Source of the DNA: an uncultured Gammaproteobacteria bacterium
GTDB taxonomy: Bacteria > Patescibacteriota > Microgenomatia > UBA10105 > UBA927
NCBI GenBank assembly: GCA_964527425.1
Contig: CAZGOA010000003.1
Span: 97,048 to 161,047, forward strand
Reading direction: 5' to 3'
DNA: 64,000 bases
Position numbers and translations under genes: made by a program. Positions 30,785 to 40,526 of this stretch are shown piece by piece. The notes under the pieces are model-generated. The model searched no databases, was not told the origin of the DNA, and saw only the letters and a list, made by a program, of their open reading frames with translations. Within the stretch, counting starts at the first letter, position 1. Each line of letters begins with the position of its first letter.

Positions 30785-33400
30785 ATGAAACATGCATATG
30801 CTCTTGATATAAAAGAAATATTGTTACAAATAAAAGTAGACGAGAAAAATGGATTATCTGAGCATGAACGGGAAACACGTCTTCAAAAATACGGTCCAAA
30901 TAAACTCCCTGAAGCACCCAAGCCGAGTATTATTCAGGATTTTGTAGATCAACTTAAAAACCCTATCGTGCTGCTCCTTCTTGGCACATCAGTTATCGCA
31001 GGATTAACACACCGCGGAGTAGAATCAGCACTTATTATCAGCATAGTTTTATTCATGGCGGGTATCGGTGTGTTTCTTCAAAAACAATCAGAAAAATCAC
31101 TCGAAAAACTCAAAACACTGCAAAGTAATACAACCACGGTACTTATAGATGGAAAGAATACGACAGTACCAACAGAATCTATTGTCCCGGGAGATATTCT
31201 CGTACTCAATGAAGGTGACAAAGTAGCAGCTGATGCCAGAGTAATTGAAAGTCGGGCAGGAAAAATAGATGAAGCTCCCCTTACTGGAGAATCACTGCCA
31301 GTCAGCAAACATAACAAACTTCTCAAAGAAGAAACAGCACTGGGAGATCGAATTAATATGGTATTTTCTGGAACATCTGTAGTTGCAGGAACCATAAAAG
31401 CAGTTGTTATCTCTACCGGTGCAGACACTGAATTAGGCAAAATCACAACCTATTTAAATGCACAAGACACAAGGCTCACCCCACTTCAAAAAGAGCTGGA
31501 ACATGTCGGACATATATTATTAATTTCGTGCCTTATTCTTGTAGGTATTATTTTGTTGGTCTTAACTGTTTACCATAATGAAAGTTTTATTGATTCACTC
31601 CTGACGACTATTTCTCTTGCCATCGCCATAGTCCCTGAAGGACTCAGCGCTGTTATGACTGTTACTCTCGCATTAGCAGTAAAAGAAATGGTGAAAAAGA
31701 AAGTAATTGTCAAAAAATTACTTGCTGCAGAAGGACTTGGATCTATTACTCATATAGCTACTGATAAAACAGGAACTATTACAGAAGGACGCATGCACGT
31801 TGTCAATATATATTTAAGTGAAAAACTCTATAAAGCCACAGACGATACCTTAAAAAAAGATACAAACTACAAACGATTAATTGACATTATTAAGTTCTGT
31901 AACAACAACAAGGGACCTACAGAACAGGCAATGGTTGCGTTTTTAGATAAGCACGGATACAGCTATGAATTAGAAGGACGAATGGTTGAATATATTTTTA
32001 ATAGTGATCACAAGCGAATGTCTGTAGTCAGAAAACATGAAGGACAAATGAGATTATTTAGTAAAGGTGCCCCCGATATTTTAATCCCCTTGTGTACGAC
32101 TGATATTACAGGAAATACATCCTTTACAGATAATGAAAAACAAAAAGCCCTCAAAATGGCAGAACACTTAGCCTCACAAGGATTTAGAGTATTGGCATTA
32201 GCCGATAAAGTGCATAACGGAACAGTTGATCCTGAAAAACGAACTGAGACAGAAGATAATCTCACCTTCATTGGGCTTGTAGCGCTTATGGATCCTTTGC
32301 GAGAAACAGTTGATGAAACAGTCACTGCTCTAAAACGTGCAGGTGTTACACCGTTAATGATTACAGGTGACCATCCTGCTATTGCCAGATATATAGCACT
32401 TGAAGCAGGAATAATCACCAATGAACATACAGAACTCGTCTTAACAGGGAACGATCTTGATGATCTGTTTGCCAGAAGTCAACTGCCTGATGCACAAAAA
32501 ACACTTCAGGCAGCTCGCGTCTTTGCAAGAGTGCGTCCTGAACACAAAGTCATGATTGTAGAAATGTACCAGCAATTAGGATTTCGTATAGCTATGACAG
32601 GCGACGGTGTCAATGATGCAGCAGCAATTAAAAGAGCAGATGTTGGTATAGCAATGAGTAATGGTATGGACGTTACTAGAGATATTTCAGATGTAGTTAT
32701 TACCGGTGCCTATGATGCTCTTATACGTGCAGTAGCAATAGGCAGAACAGTTAAATTACGCACACAACTGTATTTGCAATATCTCCTGTCAGGAAATGCT
32801 GTAGAAGTAGGAGTATTTTTAGTAGCCGTTTTTTTAAACTTACCTAACCCTTTAACACCGGTCATGTTACTGATAATAAATTTGCTTACAGATGCATTAC
32901 CTGCAATGGCAATGGCGGTAGAACCAGAAGATCCAGATATAACAAAAAGAAAAGTAACAAAGAAAACAGAACGAATTATGTCACCTCAAGTGATGCGGGG
33001 AATTCTTATTCAAGGTCTAACAGCAACAGCGGTAATCTCGTATGTTTTCTACAAATTTTTGCCTGAAGGTATCGAATATGCACAAACTATTGTGTTTACG
33101 TTCTTTGTATTTCATGAATCAATTCGTGGATTTACAGCAAGAAGTTTCACAAAATCTGTTTTTCAGTATGGAATATTTACAAATTATTTGATGAATCTGG
33201 CAATTCCATTGTCTATGGGAATTTGGGTTGTTATTGTATATTTGATACCTCATGTATTTAATATGGTCCCCCTTTCACCTACTATACTTTTTGAGTTATT
33301 ACTACTTTCAATTATCCCAGCAGTTATAGAAGAAGCGACAAAATTAGTAAACCGAATGCTAATCAAACGAAAACAGCATGAGCATTTTGATAGTATTTAA
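30785..33400 (+). CDS. Cation-transporting P-type ATPase (P2-type, Ca2+/Mg2+-like)
   Basis: DKTGTIT phosphorylation site, TM4 PEGL, TGDHPAIA, GDGVNDAAAIKRADVGIAM hinge; 871 aa with 10 TM. Confidence 0.85.
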   Translation: MKHAYALDIKEILLQIKVDEKNGLSEHERETRLQKYGPNKLPEAPKPSIIQDFVDQLKNPIVLLLLGTSVIAGLTHRGVESALIISIVLFMAGIGVFLQKQSEKSLEKLKTLQSNTTTVLIDGKNTTVPTESIVPGDILVLNEGDKVAADARVIESRAGKIDEAPLTGESLPVSKHNKLLKEETALGDRINMVFSGTSVVAGTIKAVVISTGADTELGKITTYLNAQDTRLTPLQKELEHVGHILLISCLILVGIILLVLTVYHNESFIDSLLTTISLAIAIVPEGLSAVMTVTLALAVKEMVKKKVIVKKLLAAEGLGSITHIATDKTGTITEGRMHVVNIYLSEKLYKATDDTLKKDTNYKRLIDIIKFCNNNKGPTEQAMVAFLDKHGYSYELEGRMVEYIFNSDHKRMSVVRKHEGQMRLFSKGAPDILIPLCTTDITGNTSFTDNEKQKALKMAEHLASQGFRVLALADKVHNGTVDPEKRTETEDNLTFIGLVALMDPLRETVDETVTALKRAGVTPLMITGDHPAIARYIALEAGIITNEHTELVLTGNDLDDLFARSQLPDAQKTLQAARVFARVRPEHKVMIVEMYQQLGFRIAMTGDGVNDAAAIKRADVGIAMSNGMDVTRDISDVVITGAYDALIRAVAIGRTVKLRTQLYLQYLLSGNAVEVGVFLVAVFLNLPNPLTPVMLLIINLLTDALPAMAMAVEPEDPDITKRKVTKKTERIMSPQVMRGILIQGLTATAVISYVFYKFLPEGIEYAQTIVFTFFVFHESIRGFTARSFTKSVFQYGIFTNYLMNLAIPLSMGIWVVIVYLIPHVFNMVPLSPTILFELLLLSIIPAVIEEATKLVNRMLIKRKQHEHFDSI

Positions 33401-33469
33401 GCTATTACTTGACGTATTGTTCTACATCGAATAGATTTAATATAGAACTAATTTTTTTAAAAAATCTAT

Positions 33470-33748
33470 ATGAAAAAGAAAACTGCCCCCTCAAAACAAA
33501 CGCGTAATAAAATATTAGATTTTTCTGCCTGGAATTTTGTGATTTTCTTAACGTTGACTTTTGTACTTATCGTTATTGTTGCCTTAACCATGGGTGATGA
33601 AGCCAGAGCATTACGGGCAAAAGCAGGACTTCAATGTCCGGACATAAAAACTCTTCCTCGTCCAGAAGATTGTCCTGGCGGAGAATGGACATATCAACGC
33701 GCAGACACTGGATGCGTTGAATTTGTTTGCAAAAGTACAGGAATGTAA
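33470..33748 (+). CDS. Small membrane-anchored Cys-containing protein (92 aa), hypothetical
   Basis: One TM helix then 4 Cys (CPDIK...CPGG...CVEFVC). Confidence 0.35.
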   Translation: MKKKTAPSKQTRNKILDFSAWNFVIFLTLTFVLIVIVALTMGDEARALRAKAGLQCPDIKTLPRPEDCPGGEWTYQRADTGCVEFVCKSTGM

Positions 33749-33795
33749 TAACGCTTCTTTTTAAAAATATCTTGAAATAACTCAGGATGAAATAA

Positions 33796-34056
33796 TCAGG
33801 TGGTAGCGACTAAAGGAGTAGCTTCTGCAGCAGATTTTGCATTATCAAATTTTATTCGTTTAATACAACGTGTACATGCTCTCATCCTCGTCATCGTACC
33901 ATCCAGAGGTAATGTTACCCAATGAAGATTTGGTTTGAAAGACCTGATAACTCTCTGAGCTCTATGAGTCCAGCGTTGCCCTGCAACACCTCGGTGATGC
34001 TTATTCATACGACCAGAATGGGTCTTTTTTTCACAAATGTCACAACGGTATGCCAT
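33796..34056 (-). CDS. rpmB: 50S ribosomal protein L28 (zinc-ribbon type)
   Basis: MAYRCDICEKK...SHSGRMNKHHR...FKPNLH matches L28 signature; CxxC...CxxC. ORF-track start (34095) is probably too far upstream; ATG at 34056 gives MAYRCD. Confidence 0.7.
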   Translation of the reverse strand: MAYRCDICEKKTHSGRMNKHHRGVAGQRWTHRAQRVIRSFKPNLHWVTLPLDGTMTRMRACTRCIKRIKFDNAKSAAEATPLVATT

Positions 34057-34116
34057 AAGAACCATTATTATAGTAAACTTTTGTGTATATAGCAATGTGT
34101 GATATCATAAAAGTCT

Positions 34117-34791
34117 GTGATCTTTGACTCTTTATCGAACCCTATTGCATTTATATTAAGTTTTGTAGCTATTGTTATCGCGATAACAATTCATGAATTT
34201 GCTCATGCATTTGCGGCCGATAGACTTGGGGATCCAACGCCAAGATTGCAGGGAAGACTAACACTTAATCCACGAGCTCATTTAGATCCCATAGGCACAA
34301 TCATGTTACTTTTAGTTCGATTTGGTTGGGGAAAACCAGTAGAATTTGATCCATTTAATCTTCGACACCCAAGAAGGGATGCAGCTATCATCTCTATTGC
34401 AGGCCCACTCTCCAATATTGCCCTTGCTACAATCTGTTCTCTCGTACTACATTTACTTGTTTCTGACATTGGATTTGTGTTAAGTACGTTTCTAGGTCAA
34501 TTTATGTTTTCCCTACTCTTGGGATTTTTAACATCTCTGATTTCTATTAATGTCGTTTTAGCAGTATTTAATCTTATTCCGATTCATCCACTTGATGGGT
34601 TTAAAATAATTGGAGGGATACTTCCTGAGGAAACAGCACGACAATGGTATGAACTTGAACGGTATGGATTTATCTTTTTAATCTTTTTATTATTACCATT
34701 AACAGGCGGTGCTGCTCCTATTGCAAGACTTATAGGCCCCCCTATTAATGTATTACTCCAACTATTTATACCCAGCGCTCCGTTTATATAA
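34117..34791 (+). CDS. Site-2 protease family (M50) membrane metalloprotease
   Basis: HEFAHAF (HExxH) in TM1 and IHPLDG (LDG motif) in a later TM. Confidence 0.75.
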   Translation: MIFDSLSNPIAFILSFVAIVIAITIHEFAHAFAADRLGDPTPRLQGRLTLNPRAHLDPIGTIMLLLVRFGWGKPVEFDPFNLRHPRRDAAIISIAGPLSNIALATICSLVLHLLVSDIGFVLSTFLGQFMFSLLLGFLTSLISINVVLAVFNLIPIHPLDGFKIIGGILPEETARQWYELERYGFIFLIFLLLPLTGGAAPIARLIGPPINVLLQLFIPSAPFI

Positions 34792-35128
34792 ACATTTCTT
34801 TCTATCGGTCAATGTTCCTAGGAATTAACTCACAAACATTTTATTGACTTCTCAAAGAAACATAGTACTATAAAGATGCCCGTGTGGTTGGTTGGAGAAT
34901 ATTTTCTTCCACAAACCATTTCCAATGAGGTACCCACCATTGGTGGGAACAAGACTAAGTTTTATATTCCCGTGGGAGTATAAACAGTCTCTCCGAAATA
35001 TTTTATCGGAGAAAATACCTTCAACTCACTCGGGCGTACTAATTTTTCACTCTTTTAATTCTTTCTTGTTCCTTTCGTTTCAAATTGATACAATTTCTTA
35101 TCCTAACGTCTTAGTTTCATAAGCGTTT

Positions 35129-35203
35129 GCCGAGATAGCTCAGCGGTAGAGCAACTGTTTTGTAAACAGTAGGTCCGGGGTTCGAATCCCCGTCTCGGCT
35201 CCA
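35129..35203 (+). tRNA. tRNA-Thr (anticodon UGU), CCA encoded
   Basis: Cloverleaf folded by hand: acceptor GCCGAGA/TCTCGGC, D-arm GCTC/GAGC, anticodon stem ACTGT/ACAGT with loop TTTGTAA, T-arm CGGGG-TTCGAAT-CCCCG. Confidence 0.85.
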
Positions 35204-35241
35204 ACCGAACAGCACTGAACGAATTGAAGTAGTGTAAATTG

Positions 35242-35550
35242 TTAGGTTTTTTGTTTTAGAAATGGTGTATCTTTGAAGATCGTTTCAAGAATATTCATGT
35301 GTTTACCACTTAATGAGTATTCAACTCGTTTACCATACTTTTTTTTACTTACCCACCCGGCATCATAAAGTACTTTTAAATGGTGAGACATCAGACCACC
35401 GGAAAACCCAGTGATATCTATAATTTCCCTTACATCCATAGGCCGGAATGCCAATGTATACATAATTGATAACCTTGAAACATCCGCTATTGCTGATACT
35501 GTTTCCGAATATGGCAACATTTTGGCTTTCAGTCGAGTCTTTCTTGTCAT
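35242..35550 (-). CDS. ArsR/SmtB-family transcriptional regulator
   Basis: Winged-HTH region LSIMYTLAFRPMDVREIIDITGFSGGLMSHHLKVLYDAGWV. Confidence 0.7.
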   Translation of the reverse strand: MTRKTRLKAKMLPYSETVSAIADVSRLSIMYTLAFRPMDVREIIDITGFSGGLMSHHLKVLYDAGWVSKKKYGKRVEYSLSGKHMNILETIFKDTPFLKQKT

Positions 35551-35586
35551 ATTGACATTGTAAACTATTTTTTATAATACACAGGC

Positions 35587-36582
35587 ATGGAAATCTATGC
35601 TCCAAGACCTGTAGACGCAACTGGATTTGATATTTCAGAACGATCAGTTATAGAAGTAAGATTTCATCCAGTAACACATCCACTCTATCACTATAATCCC
35701 TATAATCATGAGCATAGAGTTTTTGAACCTTCAGAGAGGATTGGTACAGCATCTTCCACCATTAGAGAATCACCGTTCAGTATAGTATTTCTCATCAAAG
35801 ATGGTGAGCAAGAAATCGTTGGGAAACTACTCAAACGAACTCCTCATCAAATTCATAATCAAATACTGGTTCAATCAGGGCTGTTGCTTCAACTCGGACA
35901 ACACCCAAATATCGAAACATATCTCGGGATAGGAATCATAGATAATCCGCTTCAACCAGTGTTACTGACTGAATACGTAAAAGATAACCAGACAGTAGAT
36001 GACTATATGAATACAACGCAAAACCCAAAAGATATCGTTCCTATTATCCAGCAATTACTTGCTGCAGTATCACATGCCCACAACAGACGTATTGTCCATG
36101 GAGACATAACTCTTGAAAACATTCTCATTCAATCAATAAATTCTAGACCATTTTTAAAGTTGATTGATTTTTCTATTGGTGCATATATTCCACCTTATCT
36201 ACAAAGAATCAGAAGCCGAACTCCTATAGGTACAAAATATGCAACACCAATAGAACATACCCGCTCCTGTCTGTATGGATTTGCTGATGATATATATGGA
36301 ATTGGATATATACTCTATCAACTGCTACATGAACCTTACTATCAATCTGTTGAAAACGATTCGGATGAACAATCTACTATTGAAGCATTCATATTCAAAT
36401 CAATCGATTTTACATTGAAGAAACAGTACCAAGACATATTTAATGAATCTGACTTAAAAGAGGTATTGCGATGGGCTTTACATCAAGAATATGATCAGCG
36501 CATTCAGACTGTATCTGAATTAGCAACAAAATTAGATCAATGCCTGAAACAACCTTCCTTTTCATTCACAGAAGCACTATAA
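35587..36582 (+). CDS. Eukaryotic-like protein kinase-fold protein with atypical catalytic loop (possible pseudokinase)
   Basis: Kinase subdomain motifs: hinge LLTEYV, catalytic loop IVHGDITLENILI (HRDxKxxN with R->G, K->T), DFS (DFG), GTKYATPIE (APE), DIYGIGYILYQLL; no canonical Gly-rich loop. Confidence 0.55.
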   Translation: MEIYAPRPVDATGFDISERSVIEVRFHPVTHPLYHYNPYNHEHRVFEPSERIGTASSTIRESPFSIVFLIKDGEQEIVGKLLKRTPHQIHNQILVQSGLLLQLGQHPNIETYLGIGIIDNPLQPVLLTEYVKDNQTVDDYMNTTQNPKDIVPIIQQLLAAVSHAHNRRIVHGDITLENILIQSINSRPFLKLIDFSIGAYIPPYLQRIRSRTPIGTKYATPIEHTRSCLYGFADDIYGIGYILYQLLHEPYYQSVENDSDEQSTIEAFIFKSIDFTLKKQYQDIFNESDLKEVLRWALHQEYDQRIQTVSELATKLDQCLKQPSFSFTEAL

Positions 36583-36592
36583 TACTTTAATC

Positions 36593-36677
36593 GCTGGGAT
36601 GCCGGAGTGGTCAATCGGATCAGACTGTAAATCTGACGCCTTAACGGGCTACCTAGGTTCGAATCCTGGTCCCAGCA
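36593..36677 (+). tRNA. tRNA-Tyr (anticodon GUA), type II with long variable arm, CCA not encoded
   Basis: Acceptor GCTGGGA/TCCCAGC, anticodon stem TCAGA/TCTGA loop CTGTAAA, 16-nt variable arm, T-arm CTAGG-TTCGAAT-CCTGG. Confidence 0.85.
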
Positions 36678-36753
36678 CAATAGTCACAATCTAATCCATA
36701 CTTCTTGCTTCTATATTATCAATTCAATAAAATCTACTTTCCAAACAAACTCT

Positions 36754-37224
36754 ATGACAAATACAGAAAAAGCTCCAATACACCCAACCCATAAACTCTT
36801 AAAAGCAAGTCAACTTAGAGAGGTACTCGACAGAAATAATTTACATCGTGTCGCTAGTATTCTTATTGATAATAATCATCTATCTGCATGTGATATCGGA
36901 TTACTAATTTCGCATGGAGAATCTCCCGTCTCATTTGCTTTGATTGCGACAAAGTCAATTCAATATTCCGCAGAACCTGAAATTGCCGTTTTATATACCT
37001 TCCCAAAATTTAGAGGCAAAGGATTTGGCAAACAACTCGTAATAGGTACACTAGATTTTTGCCAGAAAATGGGATTCCCAACTGTTCACATCAATGCATC
37101 CTCTCAAAAAACTGCATTGATTTGTAACAATTTACCAGAAAAATGGAAACAAATGTTACAGATACACGACTCAGGTTTTTATATCGATGAACTTATAGCT
37201 GCTGAAGAAAACTTACTCGGCTAG
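36754..37224 (+). CDS. GNAT-family N-acetyltransferase
   Basis: Motif A FPKFRGKGFGKQLV. Confidence 0.7.
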   Translation: MTNTEKAPIHPTHKLLKASQLREVLDRNNLHRVASILIDNNHLSACDIGLLISHGESPVSFALIATKSIQYSAEPEIAVLYTFPKFRGKGFGKQLVIGTLDFCQKMGFPTVHINASSQKTALICNNLPEKWKQMLQIHDSGFYIDELIAAEENLLG

Positions 37225-37236
37225 GTGCAAACGAGA

Positions 37237-37917
37237 TTATTTTTTATTCTTTTTATCACTCACGATGATACCATCTTCTAAGGTAAGTATTCTGTCTGCT
37301 ACTCTGGCATATTCCTGTTCGTGTGTCACCATTACAATTGTTTGTCCGTTCCGATGTAACTCTTGAAATATCGATAGGATCTGACGGGATATTTGACTGT
37401 CTAAATTTGCAGTTGGCTCATCTGCAAATAGTATCTTTGGCCTGTGAACTATTGCTCTAGCAATGCTGACTCTCTGCTGTTGACCTCCAGACAACTGGCT
37501 TGGAGTATTATTCAGTTTGTCCCCTAACCCGACACCTTCAAGTGTTTCTGTAGCCATTTTTATTGAGCTATCGAGTGAATGATTCCTCATCAACAGGGCG
37601 GTTATTACATTTTCAATTGCTGTAAGAGATGGTATTAATGCATATTCTTGAAATACAAACCCAAGTTCCTTAAGCCGAAAGGAAACCCTCTCTTGTTCTG
37701 AAAATGCGTTTGTTTGAACACCATCCAAAACCACCTCTCCAGATGTCGGCACGTCCAATAAACTCATCTGATATAAAAGTGTGCTTTTCCCGGATCCTGA
37801 TTTTCCCATAATAGCAACGAATTCAGATCGTTGTATAGAAAACGATAAACCCTTAAGTACCGGAACAGAAGTATTACCGGTTGTATATGTTTTGACAAGT
37901 TTATTAACTTCTATCAT
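37237..37917 (-). CDS. ABC transporter ATP-binding protein (DevA/LolD/MacB-ATPase type)
   Basis: Walker A GKSGSGKST, signature LSGGQQQRVSIARA, Walker B ILFADEPTANLD. Start placed at internal MIEVNKL (ORF-track start at 37986 would overlap the permease by 68 nt). Confidence 0.85.
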   Translation of the reverse strand: MIEVNKLVKTYTTGNTSVPVLKGLSFSIQRSEFVAIMGKSGSGKSTLLYQMSLLDVPTSGEVVLDGVQTNAFSEQERVSFRLKELGFVFQEYALIPSLTAIENVITALLMRNHSLDSSIKMATETLEGVGLGDKLNNTPSQLSGGQQQRVSIARAIVHRPKILFADEPTANLDSQISRQILSIFQELHRNGQTIVMVTHEQEYARVADRILTLEDGIIVSDKKNKK

Positions 37918-37918
37918 A

Positions 37919-39187
37919 TTATCTCCCCAAAATTGCATCGAGTGTATTCTGTTTAACGACAATTCTAGCTGGAATATATCCTGCAATAATGGTGGTAACT
38001 AATAATAGTCCAACCCTGATAAATACACCTTGTACGTCCGCTATAAAAATCCCATCAGAAAATGGAAAGTCAATCGGATTATTTGCAAAATATGGAACAA
38101 TCAAACCATAGACAATCACAAGTCCGATAAATGTTCCACAAACTGCATAAAATAATGACTGAAATATATACGAAGATTCAATTGCAAACCCATCAATACC
38201 AATCCCTTTCAAAATTCCAATATATTTTCTCCGAGTAATTGCATTGACAAAAATGACAATAAATATTGTTATAGAAGCAACAGCAAGTCCTATACTGCCA
38301 ATGACATCTCCCAATAATCTAAACGTGGATGTAATATCTTTAACAAATTGTGGTTGAGCTTCTTCCCATGTTTGAACAATCCCTAATGAATCGATATTAT
38401 TCCCAATCATCACTGATTTAACAAATTTGTCTTCTTGAGGTAATGTTGTTTTTATTGCAATTTCATTTACATTGAAATCATTGCGGTTAATCATGGGACG
38501 CAATTGCTGATCAATCATAATTATCCGACTATCAATTGCCTGAACTTTTGCTTTGGTAACACCGATAATAGTTACTTCTCGTGATACGTTATTTATTGTT
38601 AGTCTAATTTTGGAACCCACATCTGCGTTTTTAAGTACAGACATTCCTACTCCACTCGTTGACGTATATTTTTCAAGGAGTGATGCTCCCACAATAATTT
38701 CATCACGAGATCCTTCCTGAAAAAATCTGCCCTTAATCACTCTTGAAGCCAAACCTGTGGTCGTATTTTCTGCAACCGGATCTATACCTGCAACGACAGC
38801 ATTTATTGAGTCTTCGTCTTCATCAGGTACTGTTAGTTTTTTAAAATCTGCCTCGGCTTTACCATTTGCAACATAACGCATACTAAATGAACTAACACTC
38901 GGTAAAGTGTTTAAGATTCCCTGAATCAGATGTGTGTCTTCTATATACTGTTTTTGATCAAGTGTACGTATAAAAACATCGCCGGTATAGCGTTCTTTGT
39001 ATGCCACGACAGAACCTTGAGTGAGCCCTACTAATATCCCGCGAATTACAATAAGATTTAGAAACGTCAATGTCATTACCAAAGTAATAAGCAGTGTTGC
39101 CCAAATATTTGCTCGTTTTATTTCTCGAATTGCTAAAAAAAATCCAACTTTAAGAGATATGTTCAGCTTTTTAATTTGTTCTATCAT
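37919..39187 (-). CDS. ABC transporter permease, FtsX/MacB-type (DevC-like) with large periplasmic domain
   Basis: N-terminal TM, ~250-aa extracytoplasmic domain, C-terminal 3-TM FtsX-like bundle. Confidence 0.7.
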   Translation of the reverse strand: MIEQIKKLNISLKVGFFLAIREIKRANIWATLLITLVMTLTFLNLIVIRGILVGLTQGSVVAYKERYTGDVFIRTLDQKQYIEDTHLIQGILNTLPSVSSFSMRYVANGKAEADFKKLTVPDEDEDSINAVVAGIDPVAENTTTGLASRVIKGRFFQEGSRDEIIVGASLLEKYTSTSGVGMSVLKNADVGSKIRLTINNVSREVTIIGVTKAKVQAIDSRIIMIDQQLRPMINRNDFNVNEIAIKTTLPQEDKFVKSVMIGNNIDSLGIVQTWEEAQPQFVKDITSTFRLLGDVIGSIGLAVASITIFIVIFVNAITRRKYIGILKGIGIDGFAIESSYIFQSLFYAVCGTFIGLVIVYGLIVPYFANNPIDFPFSDGIFIADVQGVFIRVGLLLVTTIIAGYIPARIVVKQNTLDAILGR

Positions 39188-39192
39188 GGATA

Positions 39193-40385
39193 TTATTGGA
39201 GTTTAATTCGTTGCCCTTCAGTTAATCCAGAAGTTATTTCAGTAAATTCACCATTTTTAACACCAAGCGTGATTGTTTGTTCTGCATTGTTGCGGCCGTT
39301 TATTACTGTTACGTAATAGGTTTCATCGCGTTTGTTAATAGTTCTGTTTGGAACAACTAATACATTTTCCCGTGTGTTAGTTTGAATTGAAACAGTTGCA
39401 GTCATGCCGCCATAGACTGGCTGATCTGTTGTTTGTATACGTATATATGCTGTATACGAAACCACACTATTACTTTTGCTTCCAACTTCATCAATTCGCT
39501 CAACTATACCTGTGAATTGTTTATCTGGAAACGCATCAAATACTACTTCTGCCTCAACTCCTTGCGTAAGTTTAGCAACATCAAGTTCACTCAGTTGAAT
39601 AACAACGATGGTACCTGCGTAATTGTTTGGAGCAATATACGCCAATGGCTGTCCGCTGGTCTTTGCCATAACTGCAGTTCCTTTATCAACCGAAAGATTT
39701 TTTATAACTCCATCTATTGGTGCTTTTATTTTTCCATTGGAGGTTGCCTGATAAGCATAAAGTGCAGCAGTAAGAGCACTTTGAGCAGTTTCAATGGCAC
39801 TATCACTGTTTATATACTTTTTTCTGCAGAAGAAAACGCGTTGAGAGCGGATGTATATGCAGATTCAATACTATCAATTTCATCTTGCGTATATGCAAGT
39901 CCAGTAGCTGGATTAGTGCGGCCAGTATTTCTTCGATCTTTCATCTGCGTCACGTCCAACGATGCATCGATAACAGAACCCCTTGCATCTTCAAGCAATG
40001 CTTGATTGGCAATTTTTTGTTGTTTTACAGCATTAAGCTGCGTCAATGCAGTTTGATAGCTTGCGTATGCTTGAGATCTCTCTATATCATTTGCAGAACT
40101 TTGAATAGTAAATAATTCTTGCCCTTTTACAACCTGATCGCCATTTTGTACAGACAATGATTCTATAATCCCTGTGGATGATGAATAAACAGCAAGATAC
40201 CCGGAAGTACTGACTTCTCCTGCTGCAACAATCTCTTCAGATATGGTTGCCTTAGAAACAATATGCTCACTAGTTTGGTTACGAGAAGTAAAATTATTTC
40301 TGAATAAAACAACTAACACAACACAAACAATTACTACTATTAATCCATTTCTCGATACTAAATATTTTTTAATCATTTGATGCAC
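39193..40385 (-). pseudogene. HlyD/DevB-family periplasmic adaptor (membrane fusion protein) split by a single-base frameshift in an A6 homopolymer
   Basis: ORFs 39810..40385 (N-terminal TM, coiled-coil) and 39193..39669 (beta-barrel/MP domain) are consecutive parts of one MFP in different frames. Inserting one A in the minus-strand GAAAAAAG run (plus-strand T-run 39818-39823) restores a continuous ~398-aa reading frame: ...SAEKKYINSDSAIETAQSALTAALYAYQATSNGKIKAPIDGVIKNLSVDKGTAVMAKTSGQPLAY... Confidence 0.7.
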
Positions 40386-40526
40386 CGGTAAAAAACAATA
40401 CCTTATTATGTCTTATCTTTTTCCATGAAACAATTATTAATCTCACTACACAAACTTCAAAAAATGAATAATCAAACTATAAAAAATAAAATTTAGGTTG
40501 TCATATATGGATAAATTATTTCATGC

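Noticed and set aside
31078-32421. ORFs 31078..31446 and 32008..32421 on the minus strand
   Set aside because: Antisense to the P-type ATPase gene. They have Ser/Pro/Ala-rich composition typical of reverse-strand translation.
34892-35122. 76-aa ORF upstream of tRNA-Thr
   Set aside because: It has no coding character and overlaps a hairpin-rich tRNA leader/possible ncRNA region. It is treated as non-coding.
39433-40005. 190-aa ORF on + strand spanning the adaptor frameshift site
   Set aside because: Antisense to the HlyD/DevB adaptor gene and low-complexity. The real signal is the frameshifted minus-strand gene.
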